This document shows, one piece after another, positions 22,790 through 35,464 of a stretch of 64,000 nt of DNA. Origin of the DNA: Lepidodermella squamata (taxonomy: Eukaryota; Animalia; Gastrotricha); the NCBI GenBank assembly GCA_047495785.1, contig JBLDXI010000042.1, positions 1,798,001-1,862,000 on the forward strand, in the 5' to 3' direction. Position 1 is the stretch's first letter, and every line of letters begins with the position of its first letter. The notes under the pieces are model-generated. The model had not been told where the DNA came from. It made no database searches and saw nothing but the letters and a program-made list of their open reading frames with translations. Position numbers and translations under genes: made by a program.

Positions 22790-23600
22790 TCAACGAACTG
22801 AGCCTCTTCAGCTCCCAGAACCGCCGAGTTCTCCGTTCTCCGGCGCGTGGTAGCCGATAATGTGCATCGCCTTGAGACTCTAATACCTATTGGTTGGATG
22901 CCATTAGTCCCATTTTCTACGAGTGGGGAAAGGATGTCAAGTAGCACCTCCGTTGTACTCCCTTGTAATCCACACCTGTGATCTCATCTGTTCACCCAGA
23001 GCCCTTGGTAAGTCCCAAGGCACGTAGGCTGAGGATGTCACCTCGTTTAGTAAGGGAGCTACTTTGTCAGAGCCAGAGTAAAGGGCTCAGAACGGAATCG
23101 ATCACTGCCTAGGCTTGCCTTTAGCGGCAACAGTTCCCCGTCGCCATGTTGCAAAACAAAACACGCAATTCTGGCAGTCCGTTTCACGACTACCGCGTCA
23201 GAGGCTCTTAAGCTGCTATCACCGGCAGTTTGACGCGTCCGAACTTGATCTGCGACGAACTGGATCTCTAACTCCCAGAACCGCCGCGTTCTCCTTTCTC
23301 AGGTGCGTGGTAGCCGATACTGTGTGTATCGCCTTGAGACTTTTATAACTCCCTGGTTAGAGGCCTTATTAGTCCTATTTTTTAAGAGCGAGGAAACGGC
23401 CACTTGACACAGCGACAGAACTACCGCTAGGGATGGTTCCGCGGTCCTACTTCACTATCTTCCACGAACTGAGCCTCTTCAACCCCCAGTATCGCTGAGT
23501 TTTCCGTTAGCCAGCGCTTGGTTCAATTTAGCATACACTTTGACTCGCCGATAGCTTTCTACAACTCCCGGGTTAGATGGTATTAGCCCTATTTCTAAAA
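22790..23600. repeat. Three diverged ~140-bp direct repeats
   Basis: Copies at ~22790-22935, ~23255-23400 and ~23465-23600 share cgaactgagcctcttca..cccag..ccgc.gagtt.tccgtt and tagtccc/ccctatttt. Confidence 0.7.
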
Positions 23601-23689
23601 GTGCCGATCTCCTCCGTATTTCTTACCGTAGTTCTACTGTAGTGAGCACGTTGCCATTTAGCACGGTACCGTAGGTGGACAGAAAAAAT

Positions 23690-23766
23690 GATGGTAGCAG
23701 ATGCCATTTGAACCCTCAATTCAACACTCGAAGCCAGGCACCTTCAACTGAGCTCAACTGAGCTAT
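23690..23766 (-). other. tRNA-like / SINE-head remnant
   Basis: The minus strand has A-box TAGCTCAGTTG and B-box GGTTCAAAT and ends in ...CTACCA, but gives no convincing cloverleaf. Confidence 0.3.
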
Positions 23767-24788
23767 CGTGCAGTTTCGGACATGCTAGTCTTTTAAAGGT
23801 GTCCCTGAATAGTTTTTTGCGTTAGTTTCAAACAAGACAGTTTCTGGAAACTTTCATTTATATAGAAGAAAGTTTTCAAGTGAAAACTATGACACCGTGC
23901 TGAAGAACTACCGTTCCGCTAAGCTCTACCGTAGTCGTGGCTTAGATCTACGGTACATATGAGACCCGCCAAGCGATTTCGGCCCTATACCGGCGTTCAA
24001 TCATTCGAAATGTGGGTGTTGTGCAATTGGGACTATGCGCCAGATGTTGTCTTTTCAAATGATTAATAAGGGACGAAATCGCTTGGCGGGTCCCAATGTG
24101 CTTAACTGGTCTCCTCCGTTTACCCAGCACCCTTCGCACGGCGCAGGACGCCATCCTGAGATTCCGTCCTACGACTATTACGTCAGAGTCTCCATCCTCG
24201 AGCACCGCTGTCGATTGCCAGGCGTGCCTTTCTTCATGTGGCGCATTCAACGCTGCTGTGAGGTAACGCCGTTCGCTTAGTGCTGCCGTTGCGTGAGGAT
24301 ATGGAAGGGTACAGTGGATCTTGGTCTTCGCATGCGTAGAGATTACAGCAGGCTCGATTCAGGCCTTACCCGATAGTTCCGAGGTAGAATTACCATCATT
24401 GTTCTCGTCAGTCTCAAAGGTTCCCCCCGGCGCTACTGCGGCAGCTTTGCTGCTGCTGTTGCCAATCATGTAACTTTCAGTTTGGATAGTAACATGTTCT
24501 TACTGGAAATGGCATTAGTTCTCTTACTACCAGGGATCGCTATTTTCTATGCTATTTTTACAGGGGTATGACCCTTTCACACGCCAAAAAGTGACGGCTC
24601 AGGATTGTGGGCATGTGGGAATAGGATTATGGCTTTCCATGAAATTATATTTATATTTCAATCAAATAAATAAATAAATTCATCGTATAACTAATGTAGG
24701 AAAGGGGAAAGGGCGCGGAAATGGCAATTAGGTGGAAACTTTCATTTCTTTGGAACAAAAGTGTGCCTAAACATCGAGGTACAGAGTA

Positions 24789-25121
24789 CAGTGTGTCCTA
24801 TAAATTTTGCAAACTTTTGTAGGAAATTCAACTAAATTTTTAAAACATAACCTATACGGAGGGACAATTCCATCTTTTATCCGCAATTTAACAAAAAACA
24901 AATAAAAAATTTACCAGAAAAAAGGGACAACCTGATGGTAACTGGTTTGGCAATTTTCGGTCGTATTTTACCCGGTTGGACCTGATGCATACTTTGTTAC
25001 TATTCTCGTGATTTTTTTTTCATCTTTTCTAATAAAGTTCTGGCCATGAGTCTCTTATTTCAGAGTTTCTGAACCATTTTCCAAGTGATTTCTTTGCTTG
25101 TGCAACTTATGGGACCCGCTG
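24789..25121. mobile_element. Tc1/mariner-type MITE
   Basis: TA flanks on both sides. Imperfect TIRs CAGTGTGTCCTATAA..TTGCA / TGCAACTTATGGGACCCGCTG. Confidence 0.6.
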
Positions 25122-25645
25122 TAGATATTGAATGAATTTTATTCGCAAAGCTAGCTGTTACATTCATTTACAACATAATTTTAATTACCATTTTCTTTTG
25201 TAAATAATATTTGGTCTTCGCTCTTTCAAGTAAGTGGCACAGTTACCGGGTAATATAAACCGGGGTGATAATTCGGTGTAAAATTTGTAAATTTTAATAT
25301 TTCGCCGGGAATAAAAACATGGCAAATATGGCTGTTAAACAATTATTCAAAAAAAAATTCTGAGTTTTGTTGAGAAAAATATGATTTTTCTGAAGGTACA
25401 GTTAAGGTCCAGTCCAGAGGCTGGCGTTTCCACTGACGCGAATTGCCAGCAGTAATATCTCATTTTTCGCTTGCAGTCCGGTCCATGGCACTGATATTAT
25501 TGAATTGCTTCATTTATTGCTGTCAGTTCAAACATTAAAAGCTCTACGCTCTTCAAATCAATCGAATGCTAATTACTCCAAGGCACACGCGATAGATGAG
25601 AGAAATCAACTACAAATCATGGCATTATAAAAATTTTCAAGAGCA

Positions 25646-26743
25646 ATGAACTTGATAATATCCATAAGCCTCGCCGCCTTTGGTATTTTTTCAACTTGGT
25701 TCCATAAAATTTAACAGTTTTCTTTTCGTGTAGTGATTGCCTTTTCTGAAGCGGGGCTTCCTACTGCGAGGCGGCAGCCTAAGCACAGAACTTGGCGGCG
25801 TATCGCCCTCGGCGAAGATGCTAACACCAACTCGAATGTGAATCGGCTCGAGGGTTCGCCGTATTTTTACTACGCGATCGACGACGGCAGCGACGAGGTG
25901 GCTCCGCTGCTACCCTGGTGGATCTACTACCACCCGAAACCGACGACTACAACAATATCAACATCGACAACTACAGTTGCTCAGGTAATAATTTATTATA
26001 AACTAGTAATCAAAACTCACAAAGAAATCAGATGGAGGAAATCAATTTGTATGGCTATTTATCGTAATTTCTCGAATTAAAAAAAGTAGGATCAGCTCTT
26101 TATGAACAAATTTGCAGAGTTATAAACCAAAATTAAGGAAAAATAATCAAAAAATCACCGTTAATAATGAGCATAAATTATTTGCTCTTTATTGATTTAT
26201 GTTGCATGCGTATGCTCAAGTTCAAGACATTTTATTTTCCGAATTTTGCAGGATGTTAATTTCTTATAATTTTAGGTGATTTTCCGGTGCTTTGCGCCAA
26301 ATGGCGCAGTTTCATGCCGACGGACAGCTTGCCAGGCCACTGAGAAGCCATACCCATCGACGCCCTTCACTCGCATGCGAGCATGCCAGAACGCCGTTAA
26401 AACGTTCAAATTCTACTCAACCCGTACTAGACCCGAATTGGCGAAGACAACTTGCGCAAGCATTGGTGGGCTGTTAGCGACGATCAAAACACAGGCGGAA
26501 GCGCTTGATGCTCTGGCGATCTCCGCAGGAATGACAGCCACGATTGGCCTGTCAAATGAGTCTGGACAATGGTTGTGGTCCGACGGCACGCCGTATGCCA
26601 ACTACCCGGCTTGGGACTCCGGTAAACCAAATGCCGGTGCAAATGCCTTTGCTGCTCTGCTCAATTCTGGTACCGGCCCTGTTATTACCGACTTTTCCAG
26701 CAGCAATACCAGCCCTGCATTTTTCTGTGAAACCTATGCTTAA
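25646..26743 (+). CDS. C-type lectin family A gene (A5)
   Basis: Exons 25646-25682 (MNLIISISLAAF), 25733-25984 and 26276-26743. The CTLD has KPN, and both inner-disulfide cysteines are replaced. Confidence 0.9.
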
Positions 26744-27285
26744 TTAAAACAGAACTGACATGATATCAGCAAGCCTCAATCTATGAAATTTTTTGAATAT
26801 TTTCTGAAATCACTTTACTTGTGAGTCTTGTGAGTACTATTAACACAGAATAACCTCAATAAATTACCGATCAGCAAGTAACTTTAATGCTTGATTTATG
26901 TATTTGACAAAATATCGAAATGCTCATCGATTGCCTGGGCTTTGTTCCTAATATTGCCAGAGTTCGAATAATTTCAATTGAATAGAACCGGATCAGGCCG
27001 ACCAGAACTCAAACTGAGAGGCAGCAGCAGCAATGGGGAATCAGTCTTGAAACTTCAGATTGGTGGGTATTTTTAGCCCCGAATTTATCTGACCACAGGG
27101 CCTCCTGTGTTTTTGGGGATTTCATGGCAGGATGGTACCCTCGTACCCCCGGTACTTCGCACACTGTAGCCTATGACGGCGTTTCCAAACCGTGTCCTAT
27201 GCCAGCTTTCAAGTGTCTTGTAGGACACTTGGGTGTTTATTTTATCAAGATCTCTGATCAAGAGACGATAAGGGATAGAATTTAT

Positions 27286-27527
27286 GGGTCCCCTACAAAG
27301 TAGGGAAAATTTAGTAACAGGCTTCAAAGTTAAAGCTTCAAAGCACCATGACCTCAAAGCAAAATTAAAAAATGGCTTCAAAGTAAAATAATAGCATTAA
27401 TTCCAAAACATGGTGATCATTGCTTAATACTTTATTTTACTTTTTTTATGGGAGTGCTTTTGGTCTGAAGTGTGCACAATTTGTTGCTCTCTGCTTTATT
27501 TGAAGCCTGCTACTCTGTGGGGGACCC
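27286..27527. mobile_element. Merlin-like MITE nested in the hAT element
   Basis: TIRs GGGTCCCCTACA / TGTGGGGGACCC. Perfect TSD gaatttat. Copy of 15330-15574. Confidence 0.88.
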
Positions 27528-27858
27528 GAATTTATCTTTGAAACTTACCTATGTCACTTTTTATTTAAGCTCGTTACAGATTTTACCTGTTGATATGATT
27601 ATTTGAATTTTAATTATTGAGAACGAAAACCCTGAGGCATTGTCTCATTGTTAAGAAGTTATGCGTCGTTTTTCAGTGTCAAATTCGCAAAAATTTCTCG
27701 ATGCGATTATTGTAATTTCACCTGTAATTTTTCGGTCGCCATCAAAAATCAATGTTAATGTTGTTAACAAGCAATCCATTTTAGCTTAAATAAATGTACC
27801 CATTCCAAACCTAATTTCATTCATTTTAGCAAGGTGTCCTGCGATCCATTCTCAAAGT

Positions 27859-28560
27859 CAGTGGTTCTCAAACCCTGGCACGCGTGCCAATCGTGGCACT
27901 CCGAGAAAATTGATCGGCATGCGTGCCAAAACTGGCACGCAGAGGGTTTTGACTGCGTTTGTTCCAAGAAGTAAGAAGATCCGTTCTATTCTCATTTTAA
28001 GAGGTGTTTGGACGTATTTTTGGGGAAAATGCCTAAAAATTTCCTCGCTTCGCTCGTTTAATTTGTTCGAATTTGAATTACCTAAACTTCACAAATGCAT
28101 TGTGCAGTGTGCAACTTCAAGTGGGGACATCATCCCCTCCATCTCGGCTAGACAGGACAAGAAAATTAGAAATTGGCCTGCTGTTTCGTCAGTTTTGAGG
28201 GGTTTTGGAGCACGTATCAACAGTAAATTTTCAAAATTTTCTCGCTTCGCTCCTTTTTCTTTGAAATCCCTAGTCATTTGGGTATAAAACTTTTCCATCC
28301 CTGACAGCTCCAGGATCCAAGATCGCACGGCATTATGAAATTTCTTCCATTATTTTAGCTTGATAACCAATAGAAAATCAATTTAAACAACTAAACTGTC
28401 TGAACGTCTTTACAAAATCACCAAAAATTCACAATTTTGCAACACAGAGAGTAGGGGGAACTATGTATTATGCTATTTTTTGAAACATCTTGGAATGGCA
28501 CGCGAGACCCTAGGCGTGCCACTTTTCTTGCACAGCCTCGAAAAAGTTTGAGAACCACTG
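27859..28560. mobile_element. hAT MITE nested in the hAT element
   Basis: Perfect 15-bp TIRs CAGTGGTTCTCAAAC / GTTTGAGAACCACTG. Perfect TSD ctcaaagt. Confidence 0.92.
28105..28329. mobile_element. Third-level nested hAT-type MITE
   Basis: Starts CAGTGTGCAACTT with an eroded right end. TSD gcattgtg / gcattatg (7/8). Related sequence at ~18683-18920. Confidence 0.6.
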
Positions 28561-28917
28561 CTCAAAGTACTCTACTGTATACTACAAGAGAACAATTTTG
28601 GGAACCGCTGGCCTATGATCAGGCGAAGACTTATTAATTGATGACAAGGTAGTTCATAGGCGGTAGGTTAACGTTAAATTAGTTTCAACCCAAACAATGT
28701 TCTTTTTTTCGTTATTTCCGACGCCTTTGGCAGTCACAAAAAGATTTATATCAAAACATGTTGTTGATTTTGCGTTTAATCTAAATTCTTAAAACGAATG
28801 AAATACGTTATTTCCAACTGTAAACAGGCCATTGAATTCGGACATCGCGTGGAATTTTTATTCAGACTGAATTTTTTTCAATCCGCCATTAAATTTATTT
28901 GCAATATTCTATGAAAC

Positions 28918-31323
28918 ATGATAAAGGTCGCAGCTTATTTGTTATTATTTTGCCTATTTGATGGTGTTTCGTGCCAATGGAAACGCTGTATGTCACTACT
29001 CGACAACTCATTCGTTGAATGCTCGGTGGCATGTGACCTATTGAAACAATACCAGGTTTTCATTTTCATACAATTTTTCGACTATTCAGCAGATCTACCT
29101 TGTTAAAATCCTATAGTCTGGCTCTAGTTTTACTACGTTCGATTTGTGTCGAAGTGGGGTGAGTAATTCTAAGAAAATCTTATCACACAGTGATGATTTA
29201 TTTCGAACAGAATGGTCGCATGTGTTACAAATTTGCAGCTTTAACTCCAAGCTGCCGGCCCGGCAATGTTCCATGCAAAGCTCCTGATGAAATTTCGGTG
29301 CGTCACTTTACTATATTTTACTATTATCAAGTTATTCTAGTCATCTTTTTCTTGTTATTGTATCCGATCAGTTTCAGCCATTTTACAGTCGAGCAATACT
29401 TCGCGCAAGTTTGGAATACTGCGAAACCGATCGGATGAATTTTGCGGTAGCTCATGATTTGCGAACATGACATCTTTGAAAATAAGTTTGCTAATTTGGT
29501 TTAGAATCAAAACTTCAAGCAATGCTCGTCGAATAGTGCACTGGTCACGTGCGTCCCGGTTAACCAAGCCTGTCCGAATAGTACAGTATGCGATTCTCAA
29601 ATTATCTGAATTTTAATGTAATTGTCAATGTAAAATTGTGAATTTTTCCATTTACTATACCATTAATTAAATCTGGAAAGCAAACTATTAGAGTCGGCTG
29701 ATTGCGGTCCTTCATTTTCCAGGCTACCGGTGGTCGAACACTTGCCAACCTTGATACTTGCGTCGATGGGAAAGGTGAGGAAAATCTATTGTTGACATGT
29801 TCCAATAATATTGAAATTCCTGTTTAGTTCAAATACCAGACAGTGAGAAGCTACATGTTCGCTGTTTCAGCAACCCTGGGCGAATCTTCAATGGCTGTCG
29901 TCTCAGCTCAATCGGTTGCTCGCCTGGCAACGAGAGCGAAGAAGCAACTCCGAAGCCATACATCAACCGGGATAACTGCCTTCGAGGCGTAAGTTCATTT
30001 ATAAACAAGTCAAATCTAACGATGATTTGTCGGTTCCAGGCTGCTGCTCAGTGTGATTTAGCTGGAACAAAGCTGTGCGTCGGAAGAGAATGTCCTGCTG
30101 GATCGACTCAGGTAGATAATATATGAAATATGAAACATAATAATTCTAGCTCTAGTTCAAAAGCATTTCAAACTTCTCAACATGTAGCGATACTTTTGTT
30201 TTCTAATCAGATCATGCTCTATTCGAATTCGACGTCATTTGAAACGAACTATCAGACCTGCTTGGCAGATATAACGCAGGTGAGTTTTGAGCCTCTCAAT
30301 GCCTGCAAATTTCTTATTTCCTCATAATTCGGAACTCAGTGATCGGTGAGTTTCCTGATTAGGATGCTGTGAGTGATGAAATAGCGTGTAAGTTCTCGAT
30401 CTCCAAACAGAGAAACTATCAAAAAATTCGTACTTGAACGGCTTATATGTCTTAAATTTTAAAATATTTTGAAAATATTCTGCTTTAAGAATCATGAAAG
30501 GCTGAGACTTAAGACTTTGACTTGTCAAGTTTGCTGGCAAAATCAGTAATATTTTCCTAATTGGCTAATTGGACGAGTCCAAGTTATCTCAGCCTTCCGG
30601 ATGAGACGCGATTCTTATTCATTTTCAAAAGAAGAGTATCATAGTAGAATATTTCGAATATTATATAACAGGAAAGGCATTTAGATAAATATTATACCGT
30701 AGTTACCGAAATAGAAGCCTAGGCGGCAACACTTTGTCCGCACTTTGTTGTTCTTTGAAGTGCCGCCCAGGCTTGTATTTCGGTAACAACGGTATATCAC
30801 GTTTCAATCATCAATTTTCCGGATTTTGCACGTGAGTAATTCATTGATTTTTTAGGTGATTTACCGGTGTCTTGGACAAAGTGGCGTTGTGACATGCCGA
30901 CAGACAGCTTGCCAGGCCACTGAGGAGCCACATCCATCGACGCCATTTGTCAGCATTCCGGCCTGCCAGAATTCGGTTAAAACGTTCAAATTCAACTCAA
31001 CCCGTACTAGACCCAAATTCGCGATCGCAAGTTGCGCGAGCAATGGCTGGCTGTTGGCAACAATCAAGACACATGCGGAGGCTCTTGATGCTTTGGCGAT
31101 CTCTGCAAACAGGACCAGCACCATCGGCCTGTCAAATGAGTCTGGGCAATGGCTGTGGTCCGACGGCACGCCGTATGCTAACTACCCGCCTTGGGACTCC
31201 GGTAAACCAAATGCCGGTGCAAATGCCTTTGCTGCTCTGCTCAATTCTGGTACCGGCCCTGTTATTACCGACTTTTCCAGCAGCAATACCAGCCCTGCAT
31301 TTTTCTGTGAAACCTATGCTTAA
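28918..31323 (+). CDS. Chimeric lectin gene (B2/A6): family B exons spliced to a family A terminal exon
   Basis: MIKVAAYLLLFCLFDGVSC, then small exons homologous to B1 (NGRMCYKFAALTPSCRPGNVPC; VRCFSNPGRIFNGCRLSSIGC..YINRDNC; IMLYSNSTSFETNYQTC) ending phase 0 at 30279. The next recognisable phase-0 exon is 30856-31323 (4-Cys module + family A CTLD). Confidence 0.75.
30697..30792. mobile_element. Short hairpin MITE with TA TSD (pogo/Tc1-like CCGT ends)
   Basis: TA-CCGTAGTTACCGAAATA..GCC..GGCGGCA / TGCCGCC..GGC..TATTTCGGTAACAACGG-TA. Second copy at 57194-57296. Confidence 0.75.
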
Positions 31324-32475
31324 TTAAAACAGAACTGACATGCTATCAGCAAGCCTCAATCTATGACAATCGCGAAATATTACCTGATATCACTTGAGAG
31401 TATTGTCAGCACAGATGATTAACTGAAATAATTTACTGATCAGTAAGTAGTTCCCTCATATGCTCATACCTATATATGACTCTAACAATTGTATTCAATG
31501 ACGACAGAGAGAGCTGGTCATTCCAAAGAGAAAGCGGTACCCATCTAATTTTGCCAGCGGCACCAGCCTGCCAGAACACCGTCAAAGTTTGCTACCACTG
31601 TAGCAGGCGATAGCCACTTTAGACTTCAAATAACGTGTGACTTTTTTATTAAAAATTATATTTTCCGAAAAGAAAAGTGCAGATTTTTATGATATCCCTT
31701 CATGTTTAAAAATGCTACCGCTGGATGCAATTTGAGCTTTGAATTTGGAAACAAATCTGTGCTACCTCTTCAACATTGTTACCATGCGATGTCAAACCGA
31801 CAAGAGAAAAGGTCCTAGGTTCCCAGTGAACTGTGTACGAGGCAACAGGCTACGCCCCGTGGGAAGTACTTCAAGGGTTTAATGTTCCTGGCTCAGCGTT
31901 TGTCGCATCGTGCCGCCGAAAGCGAAGATCGGTCCGTGCATTTACGTGAAAACGTTGTTCCTTAATTTCAGTCTTACGAATAGCCTAAAGATTCTTCGAT
32001 TAGGAGTTTCTTGCCTCAGATGATCCGATAAGTCCAGACTTATGTTCCAATAGAAAATGTTGGCCTTAATGTTGTCTTTCATTTTAGTGCCATTTGTTCT
32101 GGAGTAGTCTCGCACTAATAAATAACGATCACACAATATTTTGAAACAAATGACCACGTCGGATAGTGAATTTTATGGAGAATTCTATTCCGAATTTTTT
32201 ATTTCGATTTATTAGTTACGACCATGAAACTCGAGAACAACATGCGCTTTTGCGAATTCTATTTGCGAATTTGACAGTGGTAACTTTCCATTAAAGTTTA
32301 AAGGCAATCTAGCCCCGGCATTGAGTTGATTTTATTGCCAGATTTACTGCACTCGATACTCGATGCGCTGCTATTAATCCAAACAACGCCTACGTCGAAT
32401 AAATCATTCAACTGCTAATGATCCCAAGGCACGCGAGATCAGTGAGAGAAAATTTAATTTTCAATTTCAAAAGCA

Positions 32476-34029
32476 ATGCAATTGATAATTTCAATCAGCC
32501 TCGCCTTGATAGGTTGTTCTTTTCTCCGTTTATGTTTAATCAAAAAGCAATTTTATTCTTCTCGTTTAGGCATTGCCTTCTATGAAGCGGGGATTCCTAC
32601 TGCCAGGCGACAGCCAAAGCACAGAGCATGGCGGCGTATCGCCCTCGGCGAAGATGCTAACACCAACTCGAATGTGAATAGGCTCGAGGGTTCGCCGTAT
32701 TTTTACTACGCGATCGATGAAGGTAGCGACCAGATGGCTCCGCTGCTACCCTGGTGGATCTACTTCCACCCGAAACCAACGACTACAACGACATCAGCAT
32801 CGACAACGACGCCGACAACAACAACAGTGACTCAGGTATGTGATGAATGATTCGTAAGAAAATTTCGAGCTGATAAATGTCAGTATCTTTGAATCGTTCA
32901 GAAATTTCCCGAATTCTAAATAATAACTACACACAGAGATTTATCCAGCCATCCCCTACCCACCCCCTGGCCATCCCCTCAAATCGAGCGGTCATCCCCT
33001 AAATATTAATGCCCGTGACAGTATTGTATGATTCATGACTGATCCCGTAGGGGCGGCAGCCTTGATAGAACATACCGCAGTTTGTGAATTATGGTATTTT
33101 CTTTAATCGACCTTCTCAAAACAGTTAAAACAGTACTGTTATACTAATTTGCATATTCAGTTTTAGCGTGTGACTATGATAATGAGCGCGCGCACTAATG
33201 CTGGTTGCGTAACAGGTATTGCGTGCCGCATTTTGAGAGCCAAATTTAAGCGCGCGCACCGAACAAAGCCACAAAACTCGATAAAACGAACATATCGCGC
33301 TAATTTCTTCATAAAAATGGTATAATAGGGTCGAAAAAGTAGCTATTCGCGAGCGAGCGTAGCGAGCGAGCGCTAAATTGCATTTCACCTCCAAAACCTC
33401 TCGATTTTTCAACCCATCCCCTCGGACAAAAAGCTGGATAAACCCCTGACTACACAATTTACAGAATATTTCCTTAGAACATTTAAAATTAATTTGAAAA
33501 AATTGAAAATTAATCAAGTTTTCAAATTGTTATATTCCGGATTTTGCCAGTAAGTAATTCATTGATTTTTTAGGTGGTTTCACGGTGCCTCGGACCAAGT
33601 GGCGCAGTGACATGCCGACAAACAGCTTGCCAGGCCACTGAGAAGCCATACCCATCGACGTCCTTCGCCAGCATGTCGGCCTGCCAGAACGCCGTTAAAA
33701 CGTTGAAATACTTCACAACCCCTTCAAGTCGCGACCAGGCGATTGCAACTTGCGCTGGCATTGGCGGGCTGTTAGCGACCATTAAGACGCAGGCGGAAGT
33801 TTCCAAAGCTCAGGAAATCTCTTCAGACCAGGCCGGCTACATTGGCTTGTCCAATGAGTCCGGACAATGGGTGTGGTACGATGGCGCGCCATATGCTAAC
33901 TACCCGCCTTGGCGCTCCGGTTACCCAAGTGGCAGTGTGAATGCCTGCGGTGTTCTGGGCAGCCTTACTATTACGGACTTTCCATGTAGCAATAATTTGC
34001 CTGCATTTTTCTGTGAAACCTATGCCTAA
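32476..34029 (+). CDS. C-type lectin family A gene (A7)
   Basis: Exons 32476-32512, 32570-32834 and 33574-34029. CTLD with YIGLSN, WVWYDG, YPS, FFCETYA. Confidence 0.9.
32934..33448. mobile_element. hAT MITE in intron 2 of A7
   Basis: TIRs CAGAGATTTATCCAGC / GCTGGATAAACCCCTG. Perfect TSD actacaca. Subterminal catcccct repeats. Confidence 0.88.
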
Positions 34030-34600
34030 TTAATCAGGACTGACATGGTATCTGCAGGCTTCAGTCTATACAAACTATTGAAATTTGTCTGCTTAGCACA
34101 GCTATAAGATATAAGATACAACTAACTTATGAAGCAATATTATCGGCAAGGAAAAACTTCAATAAATTGAGCGATGACTTGGCAAATTTAGGATTTATTT
34201 GCTTATGGACAGTATGCGAAGTACCGGGGCTGCGGGGGTGCCATGCCCCCATACCTCGAGACGTCGAGGCAAGAAAACCCAAGAAACCACAGGCGGTCAG
34301 ATATATTCTGGGCTGAAAATACGCAAGCCTACCCCAGGACCCTACTTCATCCACTGATTCCGGTTCTGTATCAGTATATGAAGCACATGTACGTATATAA
34401 ACTTGATCCTTTTCAGATTTGTGAAACTATGAACTCTGGCGTTTCACAGGTGTCAGGGAAGATTGGATGTTATCGATGGCTATCTATGAATGTTTTGAAA
34501 TTTATGACTAGGTCGGATCCTGAATATTAAGAATAATTTCATGCGGTTTCATTTTATTGAGTTAAATTAACTGAAATTAACATTTTTGTGGCCATCCTAT

Positions 34601-34710
34601 GCGGAGCCAGCTCGTCGCTGCCATCATCGATCGCGCAGTAAAAATACGACGAACCCTCGAGTCGATTCACATTCGATTTGGTGTTGGCATTGTCGCCATG
34701 CTCTGTGCTC
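34601..34710 (-). pseudogene. Inverted fragment of family A exon 2
   Basis: The reverse complement reads HRAWR..ANTKSNVNRLEGSSYFYCAIDDGSDELAP, with an internal deletion. Confidence 0.8.
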
Positions 34711-35464
34711 GTGGTCTCGTTGCAATCGTTATCGTTATCGCTTATAAAATCTCTGCTGACGCATCTGCCATTTTAAAATAGAGAACGCGTGCACAGCCAA
34801 AAAATTAACGAAGATATCTCGCAAATATTAAGAGCTGGAATTAAGCTGGAAAAGCTTGATTTTGATTAAATTGAAATAGTAGTTGTAACTATGATGACTG
34901 GAACTGGTTTATTTGCTCCGTATTTGCTTAACTGTAGTACAGGTGTTCTTGACATTACCACGTACTTATTTTTCGTCGATTACACCAGTTTAGATCATCA
35001 ACGTGTTTGGATGGCAACCGACGGGCATGGTAGGGTTCATCGCTAACAGTTCACTCTGCAAGTCCAGTGTACACAGCCACAGTGTACCATAGAGGGGCTT
35101 GAGCGCTGAGTTCACTTACAGCTATGTGTGGATGTTGTTAGTCCAAACTATGAAATGTGTTACATCACCAGGCGGACTTTGAAATAAATCACCAGGCCAA
35201 ATCCTGCATATTACGGAGAATTGCTTGTTATTTATTTTCATTAATTTACAAATAAGGAATAAATTGAAATTAGTAATTTTCCCCGGCATTGAGTTGATAT
35301 TATATTGCTGGATTTACAGCTATGTGAGGCTGTCAGTACACACAGAAAAACCCCCCGCCGAATAAATCAATCGAATGTTAATTAGGTCATGGCACGCGAG
35401 ATGGATAAGAGAAACCAATTTCAAATAATGCATTATTTAACATAATTTTTAATTTTTCAAAGCA

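Larger units (their letters stand above)
27177..28610 (+). mobile_element. Non-autonomous Buster-type hAT carrying nested insertions
   Basis: Ends CGGCGTTTCCAAACCGTGTCCTA / TTTGGGAACCGCTG resemble those of the 10756 element. Perfect TSD gcctatga. The empty site is visible in the inverted paralogous sequence at ~17420. Confidence 0.88.
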
